Source of the DNA: Patescibacteria group bacterium
GTDB lineage: Bacteria; Patescibacteriota; Gracilibacteria; Absconditabacterales; Absconditicoccaceae
NCBI GenBank assembly: GCA_017992195.1
Contig: JAGOPC010000003.1
Coordinates: 5,127-69,126 of the forward strand
Reading direction: 5' to 3'
Length of the DNA: 64,000 bases
Shown in pieces: positions 53,910 to 63,922 of this stretch; positions within the stretch are counted from its first letter, which is position 1; each line of letters begins with the position of its first letter. The notes beneath the pieces were generated by a model. It had not been told where the DNA came from. It worked only from the letters and a program-made list of their open reading frames with translations, and did no database searches. Both the position numbers and the translations under genes were made by a program.

Positions 53910-55835
53910 ATGGCAGACAAAAAACCGCAGGAGTATGACGCATCCCAGATTAAGGTTCTCGAAGGTTTGGAGCCGGTGAGACAGAGACCTGGTATGTATA
54001 TCGGTTCAACGGATATCAGAGGATTGCATCACTTAGTATATGAAATTGTTGATAATGGTGTTGACGAGGCTCTCGGTGGACACTGTAAAAATATTTCTCT
54101 TGTCCTCAAAAAAAATGGATGGGTCGTCGTAAAAGATGACGGACGTGGTATCCCAGTCGGTATTGTAGGAAAGACAGGGAAGTCAGGTGTTGAAACTATT
54201 CTTACAGTATTGCATGCCGGAGGTAAGTTTGAAAAAGGTGCATATAAAGTTTCGGGAGGTCTTCACGGTGTGGGTGCTTCAGTAGTGAACGCGCTTTCAA
54301 AAGATCTCAAGGCAACAGTCTATAAAGACGGGCAAGAACATGTTATCACCTTCAAACGCGGTGTTGCAACGGGACCACTTGCAGTCGTTGGTAAGACAGA
54401 CGTTCGTGGAACAACTATCGAGTTTCTTGCTGATGATACGATTTTCGAGACAACAAAATACGTCTATGAAACCCTCGCAACGAGAATGAAATACGCAGCG
54501 TATCTTACGCCAGGTGTGACATTCACTATTACTGAAGAAGCAACTGGTAGAGCAGAAAGATTCTACTATGAAGGCGGTATCAAGACATGGCTGAGAAATC
54601 TTGTTGATGATCAAAAGCCACTTTCAGCACTTCACTACATCAACAAAGAAGGAAATGACGCTCTCGTAGAGATCTCATTCCAGTATGTGAACTCAAGCAA
54701 CGATAATGTCTTATCGTTCGTTAACAATATTAATACGACAGACGCTGGTACGCACGTTGTTGGTTTCAAGAATGCGCTCGTCAGTGTGATCAATGAGATT
54801 GCAAAAGCGAAAGGAAAGATCGACGGTAAGATCGGTGAGTTCCAGCCTTCTGATATTATCGAAGGTCTCTATGCGATCGTGACAGTGAAGATCCCTGAGC
54901 CTCAGTTTGAAGGACAGACAAAGGGTAGACTTGGTAACAGTTATGTAAGAAAAGAAGTTGAAGATATCGTGACCGCCTACCTCAAGAAAAATTTTGCAGA
55001 GAACGAAGAGGAGTTCAATTCGATCCTTGAAAGAATTACTCTTTCAGCGAGAGCAAGACTTGCTGCTAAGTTCGCGCGTGAAACGGTTCTGAGAAAAAAT
55101 GTACTTGCCGGAGGAGTTCTCCCAGGTAAACTTTCTGACTGTTCAAGACGTGGAAAGAACGGTACGGAGATGTATATTGTCGAGGGAGATTCAGCGGGTG
55201 GTACAGCGAAACAAGGTCGTGATAGTGAATTCCAGGCGATCCTTCCACTCAAAGGTAAGATCCTCAATACTGAGCAGGCGATGGTACAGCGTATCATGGC
55301 AAACGATGAAGTGAAGGCGCTTATCACTGCTATCGGAGCTGGACTTAAGGATATGTACGATGAGGAAAAATTACGTTACGATAAGATCGTGATCATGACG
55401 GATGCCGACGTTGACGGTGCGCATATTAGAACATTGCTCTTAACATTCTTCTTCAGATATATGAGACCGCTCATCGAGAATGGTCACCTGTTCATCGCTG
55501 TGTCTCCTCTCTATAAGATAAAGCAAGGAAAGAAAGAGGAGTATATTTATCCGATGGATGTTGAAGGTGGTGAGCTTACACATGCGCTGAAGAAGGCGGG
55601 TTTCAAGACAGAAGAAAAATATGAGATCCAACGTTATAAGGGTCTTGGAGAAATGAATGCAGAACAGCTCTGGGATACGACAATGGATCCTGCTAAGAGA
55701 AAAATGCTTCAGGTTACTGTAGACGATGCAGAGGAGGCTGATAAATTATTCAGAATTCTTATGGGCGAAGATGTGATGAGTAGAAAGCATTTCATCCTCA
55801 CACATGCGAAGAATGTAAAAGATCTCGATATCTAA
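53910..55835 (+). CDS. gyrB: DNA gyrase subunit B
   Basis: 641-aa uninterrupted ORF. YDASQIKVLEGLEPVRQRPGMYIGST, ..GGLHGVGASVVNALS.., EGDSAGG, PLKGKILN, DADVDGAHI. I found no in-frame TGA, CGA or CGG. Confidence 0.96.
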   Translation: MADKKPQEYDASQIKVLEGLEPVRQRPGMYIGSTDIRGLHHLVYEIVDNGVDEALGGHCKNISLVLKKNGWVVVKDDGRGIPVGIVGKTGKSGVETILTVLHAGGKFEKGAYKVSGGLHGVGASVVNALSKDLKATVYKDGQEHVITFKRGVATGPLAVVGKTDVRGTTIEFLADDTIFETTKYVYETLATRMKYAAYLTPGVTFTITEEATGRAERFYYEGGIKTWLRNLVDDQKPLSALHYINKEGNDALVEISFQYVNSSNDNVLSFVNNINTTDAGTHVVGFKNALVSVINEIAKAKGKIDGKIGEFQPSDIIEGLYAIVTVKIPEPQFEGQTKGRLGNSYVRKEVEDIVTAYLKKNFAENEEEFNSILERITLSARARLAAKFARETVLRKNVLAGGVLPGKLSDCSRRGKNGTEMYIVEGDSAGGTAKQGRDSEFQAILPLKGKILNTEQAMVQRIMANDEVKALITAIGAGLKDMYDEEKLRYDKIVIMTDADVDGAHIRTLLLTFFFRYMRPLIENGHLFIAVSPLYKIKQGKKEEYIYPMDVEGGELTHALKKAGFKTEEKYEIQRYKGLGEMNAEQLWDTTMDPAKRKMLQVTVDDAEEADKLFRILMGEDVMSRKHFILTHAKNVKDLDI

Positions 55836-55862
55836 AACCATATTTAACTTTCCCACTATTCG

Positions 55863-56441
55863 ATGTTTCATATATTCAAAGGGCAGTTAGAGGTACACGG
55901 AGGCAGAAACTTCCTTACCAATGAGCTTTTTGGTATAGACGTTCAATATAATGGGACCCCTGCCTCAATGGCGGGGAAAAACGAAAAAGGAAAAGGAACC
56001 TGGTTCCTTTTTCCGTATATGGATGAAAATAATAAGACCATCCACTACTTTGCATTTGATACGATCGAGCAGAAGCAGGTCTTCGAGCAGATGATGAAGA
56101 TCTCTGGGATCGGACCAAAGACGGCATTTGCTATTGCCGCGATCGACAAAAAAGAGCTTCAGAATGCAATTGATACCTTTGATGTGAAGGCTGTACAGAA
56201 GATTCCTGGTGTCGGACCGAAAACTGCCAAGAGACTCCTTGTTGAGCTTAAGGCGACGCTTCGTACGTCTGACATCAAAAAACTTGATATTGATGATAAG
56301 CTCTTCAAAAGCATCGTCGCTACCATGAAAAACATGGGTCGGAATGCTAATACCGTCAGAAAGAAACTTTCAGAGTGTCCTATCCAGTTGGACAAAGAGC
56401 ATGTGCAGGAGATCGTCAAGTGGCTGATCGGGCAGGTCTAA
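55863..56441 (+). CDS. ruvA: Holliday junction DNA helicase RuvA
   Basis: OB-like N-terminus. HhH pairs ISGIGPKTAFAI and IPGVGPKTAKRL. 192 aa. Confidence 0.85.
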   Translation: MFHIFKGQLEVHGGRNFLTNELFGIDVQYNGTPASMAGKNEKGKGTWFLFPYMDENNKTIHYFAFDTIEQKQVFEQMMKISGIGPKTAFAIAAIDKKELQNAIDTFDVKAVQKIPGVGPKTAKRLLVELKATLRTSDIKKLDIDDKLFKSIVATMKNMGRNANTVRKKLSECPIQLDKEHVQEIVKWLIGQV

Positions 56442-56477
56442 GCTACTATCCATATCATACATTAATTAATTATATAC

Positions 56478-56508
56478 AAAAAACACGCTCGGAAGAGCGT
56501 GTTTTTTA
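56478..56508. terminator. Bidirectional terminator
   Basis: A5, perfect 8-bp stem ACACGCTC/GAGCGTGT with loop GGAA, then T6. Confidence 0.75.
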
Positions 56509-56527
56509 TCTATTCGTAAGCGGATGA

Positions 56528-56668
56528 TTACTCACCAGCTTCTTCAGTAGTTTCTTCAGCGGCAACGTCAGCGTCAGTCGCGTCAGTACCTGTAGTTTCT
56601 TCAGCGTTAACTTCAGTTGCAGAAACCTCTGCATTCTCGTCAACTACTACCTCTTCTGTATTATTCAT
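56528..56668 (-). CDS. Tiny hyper-acidic ORF (46 aa), speculative
   Basis: MNNTEEVVVDENAEVSATEVNAEETTGTDATDADVAAEETTEEAGE. Same strand as dnaE-N and downstream of it; it ends just before the terminator. Confidence 0.3.
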   Translation of the reverse strand: MNNTEEVVVDENAEVSATEVNAEETTGTDATDADVAAEETTEEAGE

Positions 56669-56776
56669 GGTAGACGGGGGTAAGGGGATAAAAAAGCTAC
56701 TACCCAGTAGTAACAGGGAAAGGGTACAAAAACTCTCCTTTAAGTCAAGGGAATTGTCCGGAGCCGCAAAAGTAGA

Positions 56777-56908
56777 CTATGCCCGGCTTTTATTGTCCTC
56801 ATTTTCCTCGCTGTTGTCCTCTTCGTCTGCATACATTTGTTCTACCTCGTCGGTACCTGGTTGCAACGGATGAAAACCATTTCTTTCGAGTTCTTTATTT
56901 GTGTACAT
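56777..56908 (-). CDS. Tiny acidic ORF (43 aa), speculative
   Basis: MYTNKELERNGFHPLQPGTDEVEQMYADEEDNSEENEDNKS.A. Same strand, between dnaE-N and the other acidic ORF. Confidence 0.25.
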   Translation of the reverse strand: MYTNKELERNGFHPLQPGTDEVEQMYADEEDNSEENEDNKSRA

Positions 56909-57001
56909 TTTGAGCCATTCTTACAAATCTAAAACACATCATACTGTAAACTCATGCTCTATTGATACTCAAGATATACTACAATTTCAACAAAAGGTAC
57001 A

Positions 57002-57922
57002 TTATTTTATCTGCTGGAAGGTCTCATAGAGCTGGGTGATCTCTTCAGGGCTTTCGTAGGCTGGGAAGAGAAGCTGATGTAATGGGATCTGAACGTCGAT
57101 CATATCAATCAGTTGCTGATTGTTGCTTATCCATTCATCGATCATTTTCCCCTCGTAGCCATTCTTTTCAAGTGTTTTCATGACCTCTTCCTCACTCATA
57201 ATATGCCACGCGCCTTCTTTCTTCTTTCTGCCATGCTCGTAGTATTGCTTGCCGTCTTTGATACAGGTCGCAATATCAAAGGCGTCTTTGTCATCCGGCG
57301 CTATATAGTGAAAGTTGTTGTCGACAAGACATGGGATGGATAATGTTTGAGAAAGAGAGAGAATACAGCTGTCGATTTTTTTGATGAGGGGAAGTTCAAT
57401 GTGGGATTGTGCGGTGATCTCAAAGAAAAATTGGCCGGTGGGGAAGTAGGTCGCATACATTCACATGAGTTCTTCGACTTTTTTAGGGTTTTCGCCCTGT
57501 TGGATGAGTCGCGAAAGGTAGCTGCAGTCGCCTCCCACTATGCCGATGAGGTTCTCCGATCTGTCTTTGATCTTTTCCAATGGGAGCGAGGCGATCGTCG
57601 TGGTCGAGAGCGTATGAGCTTCTGAAACTATCTCCAATAAGGCACGGTATCAATCGTAGTTCTTCGCGAGAAGGGTCATATAAAACCCCCTGTCTGTTTT
57701 GCCATCCTTGACGACGTGGGTGCAGAGATCGACGCCAATCAAAGGTTTCAAGCCTTCTTTCTTTGCTATTTCGTACTGCTGTATGCTGCCGTACATACCA
57801 TTGTAGTCGCAGATCGGCATAGTTTCCTGACCAAGTGATTTGATCTTTTTGGCAATTGCCTTCAGATTGCCGATCGCCTGTAAGAGCGAATAATGACTAT
57901 GTCAGTGGATGTGGTTGAACAT
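57002..57922 (-). CDS. dnaE: DNA polymerase III alpha subunit, N-terminal fragment (PHP domain; 306 aa)
   Basis: MFNHIH-G-HSHYSLLQAIG (TGA at 57902-57904), CDYNGMYG, LIGVDL, MTLLAKNYD-G-YRALL, ...NNFHYIAPDD.... Ends at a genuine TAA at 57002-57004. An in-frame TAG lies upstream of the ATG. Confidence 0.88.
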
Positions 57923-58009
57923 TTCGCGAGCGACAAATGACTAAAGAGATAAGTGGTTAATTCGTGTATATTTATTTTGTGCTCATGTTCAATGTCAATG
58001 ATGACTGAT

Positions 58010-58037
58010 TTGCAATGAGTTAATATTTTATTAGTAT
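58010..58037 (+). promoter_or_regulatory. Predicted promoter TTGCAA-N16-TAGTAT upstream of the amidase-SpoIID gene
   Basis: -35 at 58010-58015, -10 at 58032-58037, ATG at 58084. Confidence 0.5.
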
Positions 58038-58083
58038 AGAAAAAGGAAAGCCGGAATTTTATTCCTTCCTGAATTCTAGAGAT

Positions 58084-60399
58084 ATGAGAACTTCTAAGAT
58101 AGCCTTGATAGGCTCTATTGTGCTGATGGCATGCGGCCTTGGTTTTGCGCATGCCGACTGACGAAATCTTCCGGGTGTGCCGATCGTGACGCGTGCTCAG
58201 CGGTGAGCTGATGAGACGATGAAATATGCGGATCATTACGAATATGCGAAGCTGCAGGAGAGCTGGGAAGAGGCGAGAAAATATATAACTGCAGCTCAAA
58301 AGGAGCAACAGGAAGCCGAATCTGAGAAAAGTAGCATAGCACGCGACTATGCGTTGAAGAATTTTCCGAGTGATATTTTGCTTGACACGACCGTTGCTAC
58401 TGAAGACGGTAAGGCACTTCGGTGGAAACACGAGTATCAGCATCAGAAGACAAAAATTATCGTCCATCACACAGTAAATGATATGGATAAATTTCTGACG
58501 GAAAATAAGGTGGAGTGACTGCTGCAGTCGATCTATAAGCTCCACGCATTCGGTAATGGTCGGTGAGATGTCGGCTACAATTTCATTATCTCTCCCGGTG
58601 GCATTATTTACGAAGGAAGAAGTGGTGGTGAATGAGTTGTGGGTGCACACGCAACCCGGAATAATCAGCCAAGTATCGGTATAGCATTAATTTGAAATTT
58701 TAATAATGATAAGCCGACTGATGCGCAGATAAAGGCACTTACAAATCTCATTACAGCGTTAGCGGCAAAGTATAATATTGATCCGGAAAGTAAGGCTGAT
58801 TGGCACAAAAAAACTGCTGTCTATCCCTATGTCTCAACATTTCAAAACTATACAGTGGTTGGTCATAGAGATGTCGGTGCTACGGCCTGTCCGGGTGAAA
58901 ATCTCTATAAACTCTTGCCTGCGATCCGTGATCGTGTCGACATGAATCTGAAGTCGGGTTCATATATAGCGACAGCGAATGCCTCAACTCCTTCAAAAAA
59001 TTCCTCGAACCAGTCAACGAGCAACATGTCTTCAAGTTCTCCCTCTTTGCCTGTAACAAAACCAAATAACATTATCACGCTACCGACGGTCTACAATACG
59101 GTGAAGGATAGTTATGCAATCCGCGTGCGTACTAGTGATATAACTACGGCGCTACCGAGATGCGAGATCATCAAGTGAGAGGTCGCTCTGGCGGGGTGTG
59201 TGTACCGTTCAGGAGAGCTTATTATGTGAATTAGAAAAAAGAACAGCGTTGTCGTGCCATGAACCGTGCGAATTAAAGTAACCTCTCGTGGTAAGCAGAT
59301 TACCTATGCGATGGAGGTTTCATGGGATGGAGCAGCGAGAAGTCAAGGATCGACAACTTCGACTAAGCCTGCCGCCCTCAGTTCTCCATCGACTATTGGT
59401 ACAACGCAAGGTTTACCTTCTCTGCCTGTTGGTAATAATCCTGTACTTGAGGATCTCAAAAGGAAATTTTCCATCACTATCCCGGGTAACACTATCAAGA
59501 TAGCATTGCCGACAAGTAGTTCTGATGCGCCGATGCTCATGAAGAAAAACATGAGTGTGCTACTGTATAATGCTTCTATGCAATCGTCATCGCGGACGAT
59601 CGCCTGTAATGGAGGATGTTCTCTTTCTAATGCGCCGTTCTCTCGTGTGACAGTCAGCTTTTCAGACGGGTTGTTAAAGGTTCAGAAAAATGGTTTGGTC
59701 TGGAATGAATCTATGCTGACATTGATCGCAAGCTCAGGTTCAACTTTTACTATCACTGATGCGTTAACGCAAAAACAGTATGGCGTCTACAGAGGAAAAC
59801 TCGACATTCTGACGCAGCAGATCAAGAAGATTGATGGCAACTATGTGACCCAATACGCTCTGGTGAATACGCTGCCACTCGAGCAATATTTAGCAGGTAT
59901 TGCTGAGGCTTCTGATAGTCAGCCGATAGAGAAGACGAAAGTGCTCGCATTGCTGACGAAAGCCTACGCGCTTTACTATGCAGGAGGAAGTAGTTCACAC
60001 CCTTCTATCCCGAAGTGAGTTGTCTATAACTCGATCGATGATCCTCGTTTCTTCCAAAAATATGTAGGTGTCACGCGAGAGCAGAGATCAAAGAACCGAC
60101 CCGTTGCACTTGAAGCGACTAAAGACAAGTATGTCGTCTATAATGGTATTCTTCCTATATTGCCTTATTTCCACTGTTCTCCTGGATTTACTCGGTCTGC
60201 TCGTGAAAAACGGGGTTGGAACGATACTCCGTATCTACAATCTATCCTCGATGAAACCGCTTCTGCGTGTACCAATTTTGAATGACATGGTGTAGGCTTG
60301 AGCGGTGAGGGCGCCAACAAAAAAGCAGAAAAAGGTGAAAGCGCAGAGGCGATAATTGCCTACTACTATCCCGGGACAGTAGTGCAGACGATTAGATAG
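58084..60399 (+). CDS. Secreted/lipid-anchored fusion protein: N-acetylmuramoyl-L-alanine amidase (Amidase_2/PGRP) plus SpoIID-type lytic transglycosylase domain
   Basis: Signal sequence MRTSKIALIGSIVLMACG. Amidase_2 region: RAQ(CGG)GA, IIVHHT, GNG(CGG)GDVGYNFIISPGGIIYEGRSGG, VGHRDVGATACPG. A Ser/Thr-rich linker follows. SpoIID region: EQYLAGIAEA, YVVYNG..LPYFHCSPGFT.SA.EK.GWNDTPYLQS, GHGVGLS. Pieces 58219.., 58855.. and 59266..60018 plus a tail share one frame through about 11 TGA codons. TAG at 60397-60399. Confidence 0.75.
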
Positions 60400-60449
60400 G
60401 CGTTTAGAAAGCTAGAATTATCCAAGGAGTTCATTATACTTATCGGACA

Positions 60450-62276
60450 ATGAAAGATCTTAAAGAACTTCTAGAACAAATAGATCTTATATGAGGATCT
60501 GATACTCTTAATGCGGTGAAGCGCGCTAAGAGAGATTTTTCGAAGAAGCATAATATTGCTGATATACCGAGTAATGTAGATCTGTTGAAGTATTATCGTC
60601 AACTTGTGTCGAGTGGTGTCTACTCTCAGAGTAAGCATCTGGAGACGCTTTTGAAGAAAAGAGGGATTCGCTCCGATTCGTGAATAGTACCTATCCAGGT
60701 TTTGACAAAGCCATTCCGGTGTCCGGGCAAGTGTATTTTCTGCCCGAACGATGCAACGATGCCAAAGAGTTATATCAACACAGAACCTGGCGCTATGCGT
60801 GCATTGCTCAATCAGTTCGATCCATACAAACAAGCATATAACAGATTGCTCTCATTGCATCTGACCGGTCATGCAACCGATAAGATCGAAATGATTGTAT
60901 TAGGCGGTACGTGGGATGTTTATCCGAATGATTATAAGAGAGATTTCTTAAAGGGTTTATATGATGCATGTAATACGTTTGATCAGTTTCTAGAAAAGTA
61001 CGAGCAGTTCAACGTGCGTGGTGGAAGCTATGATCTTGCTGCATTAGAAATATCTTATCCTGCGACGATCGAAGAGTCGATGGAGATCAATGAGACTGCT
61101 GAGCATCGTGTGATCGGATTAACGATCGAGACGAGACCTGAATACATGACTGATGAGAACTGTCAGATGCGACGTAGTCGATGAGTGACGCGTCTGGAGA
61201 TGGGCTTACAGTCTATGTTTGACGATGTGCTCGATGCTAATAAACGCTGACATTCTGTCCAGCAAGCAAGAGAGGCGATGCATAAGATGCGTCAGTATGG
61301 TTTCAAATTTTCTGTCCACTTCATGCCGGGACTGTATGGTTCTACGGTCGAAAAAGATATTGAGTCATTCAAACTTGCCTATGCAGATCCATATATTAAG
61401 CCGGACGAAATAAAGTTCTATCCGACGTCGGTTATTCCAAATACGGAGCTTTACGAGCTCTATCGCAAAGGAGAGTATGAGCCACTGAAAACAGAGGATA
61501 TCGTCGATATCATTCGCAAGGTGCAACTTGAGATCATTCCGCCATATACGAGGATCAAACGTCTGATCCGTGATATCCCATCAACGGAGATCGCCGCAGG
61601 AAGCAGCGTGACAAATCTGAGACAGCTGACAGAGATAGACTTACTGAGCGATCTTGCAAAGAGCGAAGCGATGAGAAAAGAGCTCTACGGAAGACTCTAT
61701 GAGAACGAACAGGTCTACTTATCATTAGACCAGTGGCTCGCAAATGATACGAAGAGAGCCGATATCCATGGCATGGAGACGATCATCGTCTGAACAGAGC
61801 CTCTTATTGGTCATGAGAGAAACTTTGTATCCCTCGACACCAGAGCTCGTGAAATCCGTAACAGAAAGAACAGACCGGAAGACGAGACAGTAAATCTCGT
61901 CATCAGAAAGTACGACTCATCTGTTGGTACAGAGTATTTCATCTCCTATGAAGATGAGCTTGGATATCTGTACGGATTCACAAGATTACTGCTGCCAAAA
62001 GAGGAGCACATTATGAATCGGGACGGATTATGAATCGGAACGGCGCTCATCAGAGAGCTTCACGTCTACGGCCAGGTAGCTAAGATTAACTCAACCGATG
62101 AGACGAAGACACAGCATAAGGGCTTCGGTTCAAGGCTGATGGAGACGGCTGAAAAGATCGCCACACATTACGGCTATAAGAAAGTGTCGGTTATTTCTTG
62201 AATATGAGTCAAAGAGTACTATAAGAAGATTGGTTATCACAAAGAGTGAACCTATATGCTTAAAAACCTTTCATAA
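60450..62276 (+). CDS. elp3: Elp3-type radical-SAM/GNAT tRNA-modification enzyme
   Basis: Pieces 60702..61184 and 61278..61793 plus flanks share one frame through about 11 TGA codons. FRCPGKCIFCPN cluster region, GVTRLEMGLQS, HFMPGLYGST, IKFYPTSVIPNTELY, C-terminal GNAT ...HKGFGSRLMETAEKIA. TAA at 62274-62276. Confidence 0.8.
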
Positions 62277-62479
62277 TGCTCACATTCTTCAAAGATTTTT
62301 TCGTCTATCCATTCACTTCGGCAAAAGAATCAAATAGATTCGGACAATTTCTTCAATTTATTGCTAAGGACTATCCGGCGTATTTCCGGGCGAAACCTAC
62401 GCTTCGACGCATATTGGTTATGCCTTTTTTGGCGATGCGTGTGATGATAAGAGGAAGCGTGGAAGAAATAAAGAGGTAA
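62276..62479 (+). CDS. Hypothetical small protein (67 aa)
   Basis: The ATG overlaps the elp3 stop (TAATG). No family recognised. Confidence 0.3.
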   Translation: MLTFFKDFFVYPFTSAKESNRFGQFLQFIAKDYPAYFRAKPTLRRILVMPFLAMRVMIRGSVEEIKR

Positions 62480-62541
62480 AGAGAGCAATAAGTAAAAGAT
62501 AATGAGCTTTTTTTTGATGAAGATTTTTCTATAATCAAGGT

Positions 62542-63444
62542 ATGATCTTAGGTAACAACAGCGTGCAGGAGACGATGCACGGATATATTCAAACGGTGAA
62601 GGCGGCAGGAGTAGTGTCTGCTCCTTTTATTATTTTTCATGGGCCGGATCATATTGGAAAGAGTTCGTTTGCGCAGGCATTGGCTCAGGAGCTCGTCGGA
62701 CCTTTTGGTTATAGAGATATTTTACTGGTGAGAGATATGTCCCAAATCATAGGGAAGAAGCACGCATTGAAAGTGGAAGCTGGTGAAAATATAGAGTATG
62801 ACGGTCAGATTTATGAAGATGTCGGCGCGAGAGAGATTCGTGAATGGATGTCAAAGACATCTGCCGGAGAGTATAAGGTCCTCATACTGGAAAATATTGA
62901 ACGCATGACAGTGAGTGCTGCGAACTCATTTCTGAAATATTTTGAAGAGCCCTTTGCGAAGACACAAATCATTGCGACAACGAGAAATAAGAGTGAGATC
63001 ATGGATACTATTTTGTCGCGCGCGTTGCTGATCGCGTTTAACTATGTTGGCGACGGAGAGGTGAAACGTCTGCTGCAGGAGACTTATCCTGACCTGGTAG
63101 ATGCGAAGCTCCATGCGTTGGTTGATCTGGCTGCGTGAAGACCATGATTTGTGCTGACGCTGATGGGAAGAGATAAGGAGATGATCGGTGATCTGCAGGA
63201 TAGCATCATGCGCTTTGTGGCGTTGCACAAGCAGGGAGCGCGCTTGTCGAGCGTATTCCGTTTGTTGGTTGAAATGCAAAAGAAAGGCTATATTGAAGTT
63301 TTTCTCGACACGCTTTTGTATCACTATGAACGTGAGGGAAACTATAAGATGATTAATGAGCTGATACAGACAAGAAAAAAACTTGACTATAATATCTCGG
63401 CAGAGAATGTCCTTTTTAGCTTCGCGCTCCATGACGTAGAGTAA
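62542..63444 (+). CDS. holB: DNA polymerase III delta' subunit (HolB)
   Basis: FHGPDHIGKSSFAQALAQEL, ILENIERMTVSAANSFLKYFEEP, TILSRA. Reads through TGA at 63136 and 63145 (LAA-G-RP-G-FVL) to TAA 63442-63444. Confidence 0.8.
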
Positions 63445-63445
63445 G

Positions 63446-63922
63446 ATGTTGGCAAAAAAATTGAAACTGACAGGTAAGGATGTACGCTTTTTGTTGCGTA
63501 AGAAACAGACCATCTACGGCAAGTGAATGGTTTTTCTTGTTTATCCGCAATATCCTGATAGAGCATATAATCAGCGAAGTTTACAGGTGACTACAAAGAT
63601 CGCAAAGTCGTCGGTGAAAAGAAATATGATAAAAAGACTCTTTTATCAGCAATTGGAAAAGGACCTTCCGGTAGAAAAAACATTGAATGAAAATTTTTAT
63701 AAGATCTTTGTCTACTTCCATAAGGCGATGCCGGAAGAACTGGCAAAGCTGCTTGCAAATACTGACAAAAATACTATAAAGAACCAAATAATCGCTCAGT
63801 TTCACGAGCACTTTATATCATTTCCTGATCTTGTATGTCGCTTTTCGGATTTTTCAAAAACGTCAGTACAGCCATCCAGAAGAAAACCCATCGCTTGAAA
63901 GTCGCTAAGAAAAAAGAGTTAG
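63446..63922 (+). CDS. rnpA: Ribonuclease P protein component
   Basis: MLAKKLKLTGKDVRFLLRKK..., ...VTTKIAKSSVKRNMIKRLFY (the RNR/KR motif region). TGA at 63524 and 63896 read as Gly. TAG at 63920-63922. The 3' end is uncertain. Confidence 0.7.

Noticed and set aside
49782-57922. Split-intein explanation for the two dnaE halves, as in cyanobacteria.
   Set aside because: The N-fragment ends at TAA directly after DnaE-homologous sequence, with no Cys/Ser-initiated extension. The C-fragment starts with Met directly at DnaE-homologous sequence, with no ...HN + Cys/Ser/Thr junction. There is no room for Int-N or Int-C.
57862-58650. Long 262-aa minus-strand ORF in the supplied track.
   Set aside because: It is low-complexity and Cys/Ile/Leu/Arg-rich. 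It is out of frame with dnaE-N and antisense to the well-supported amidase-SpoIID gene. It is a shadow ORF.
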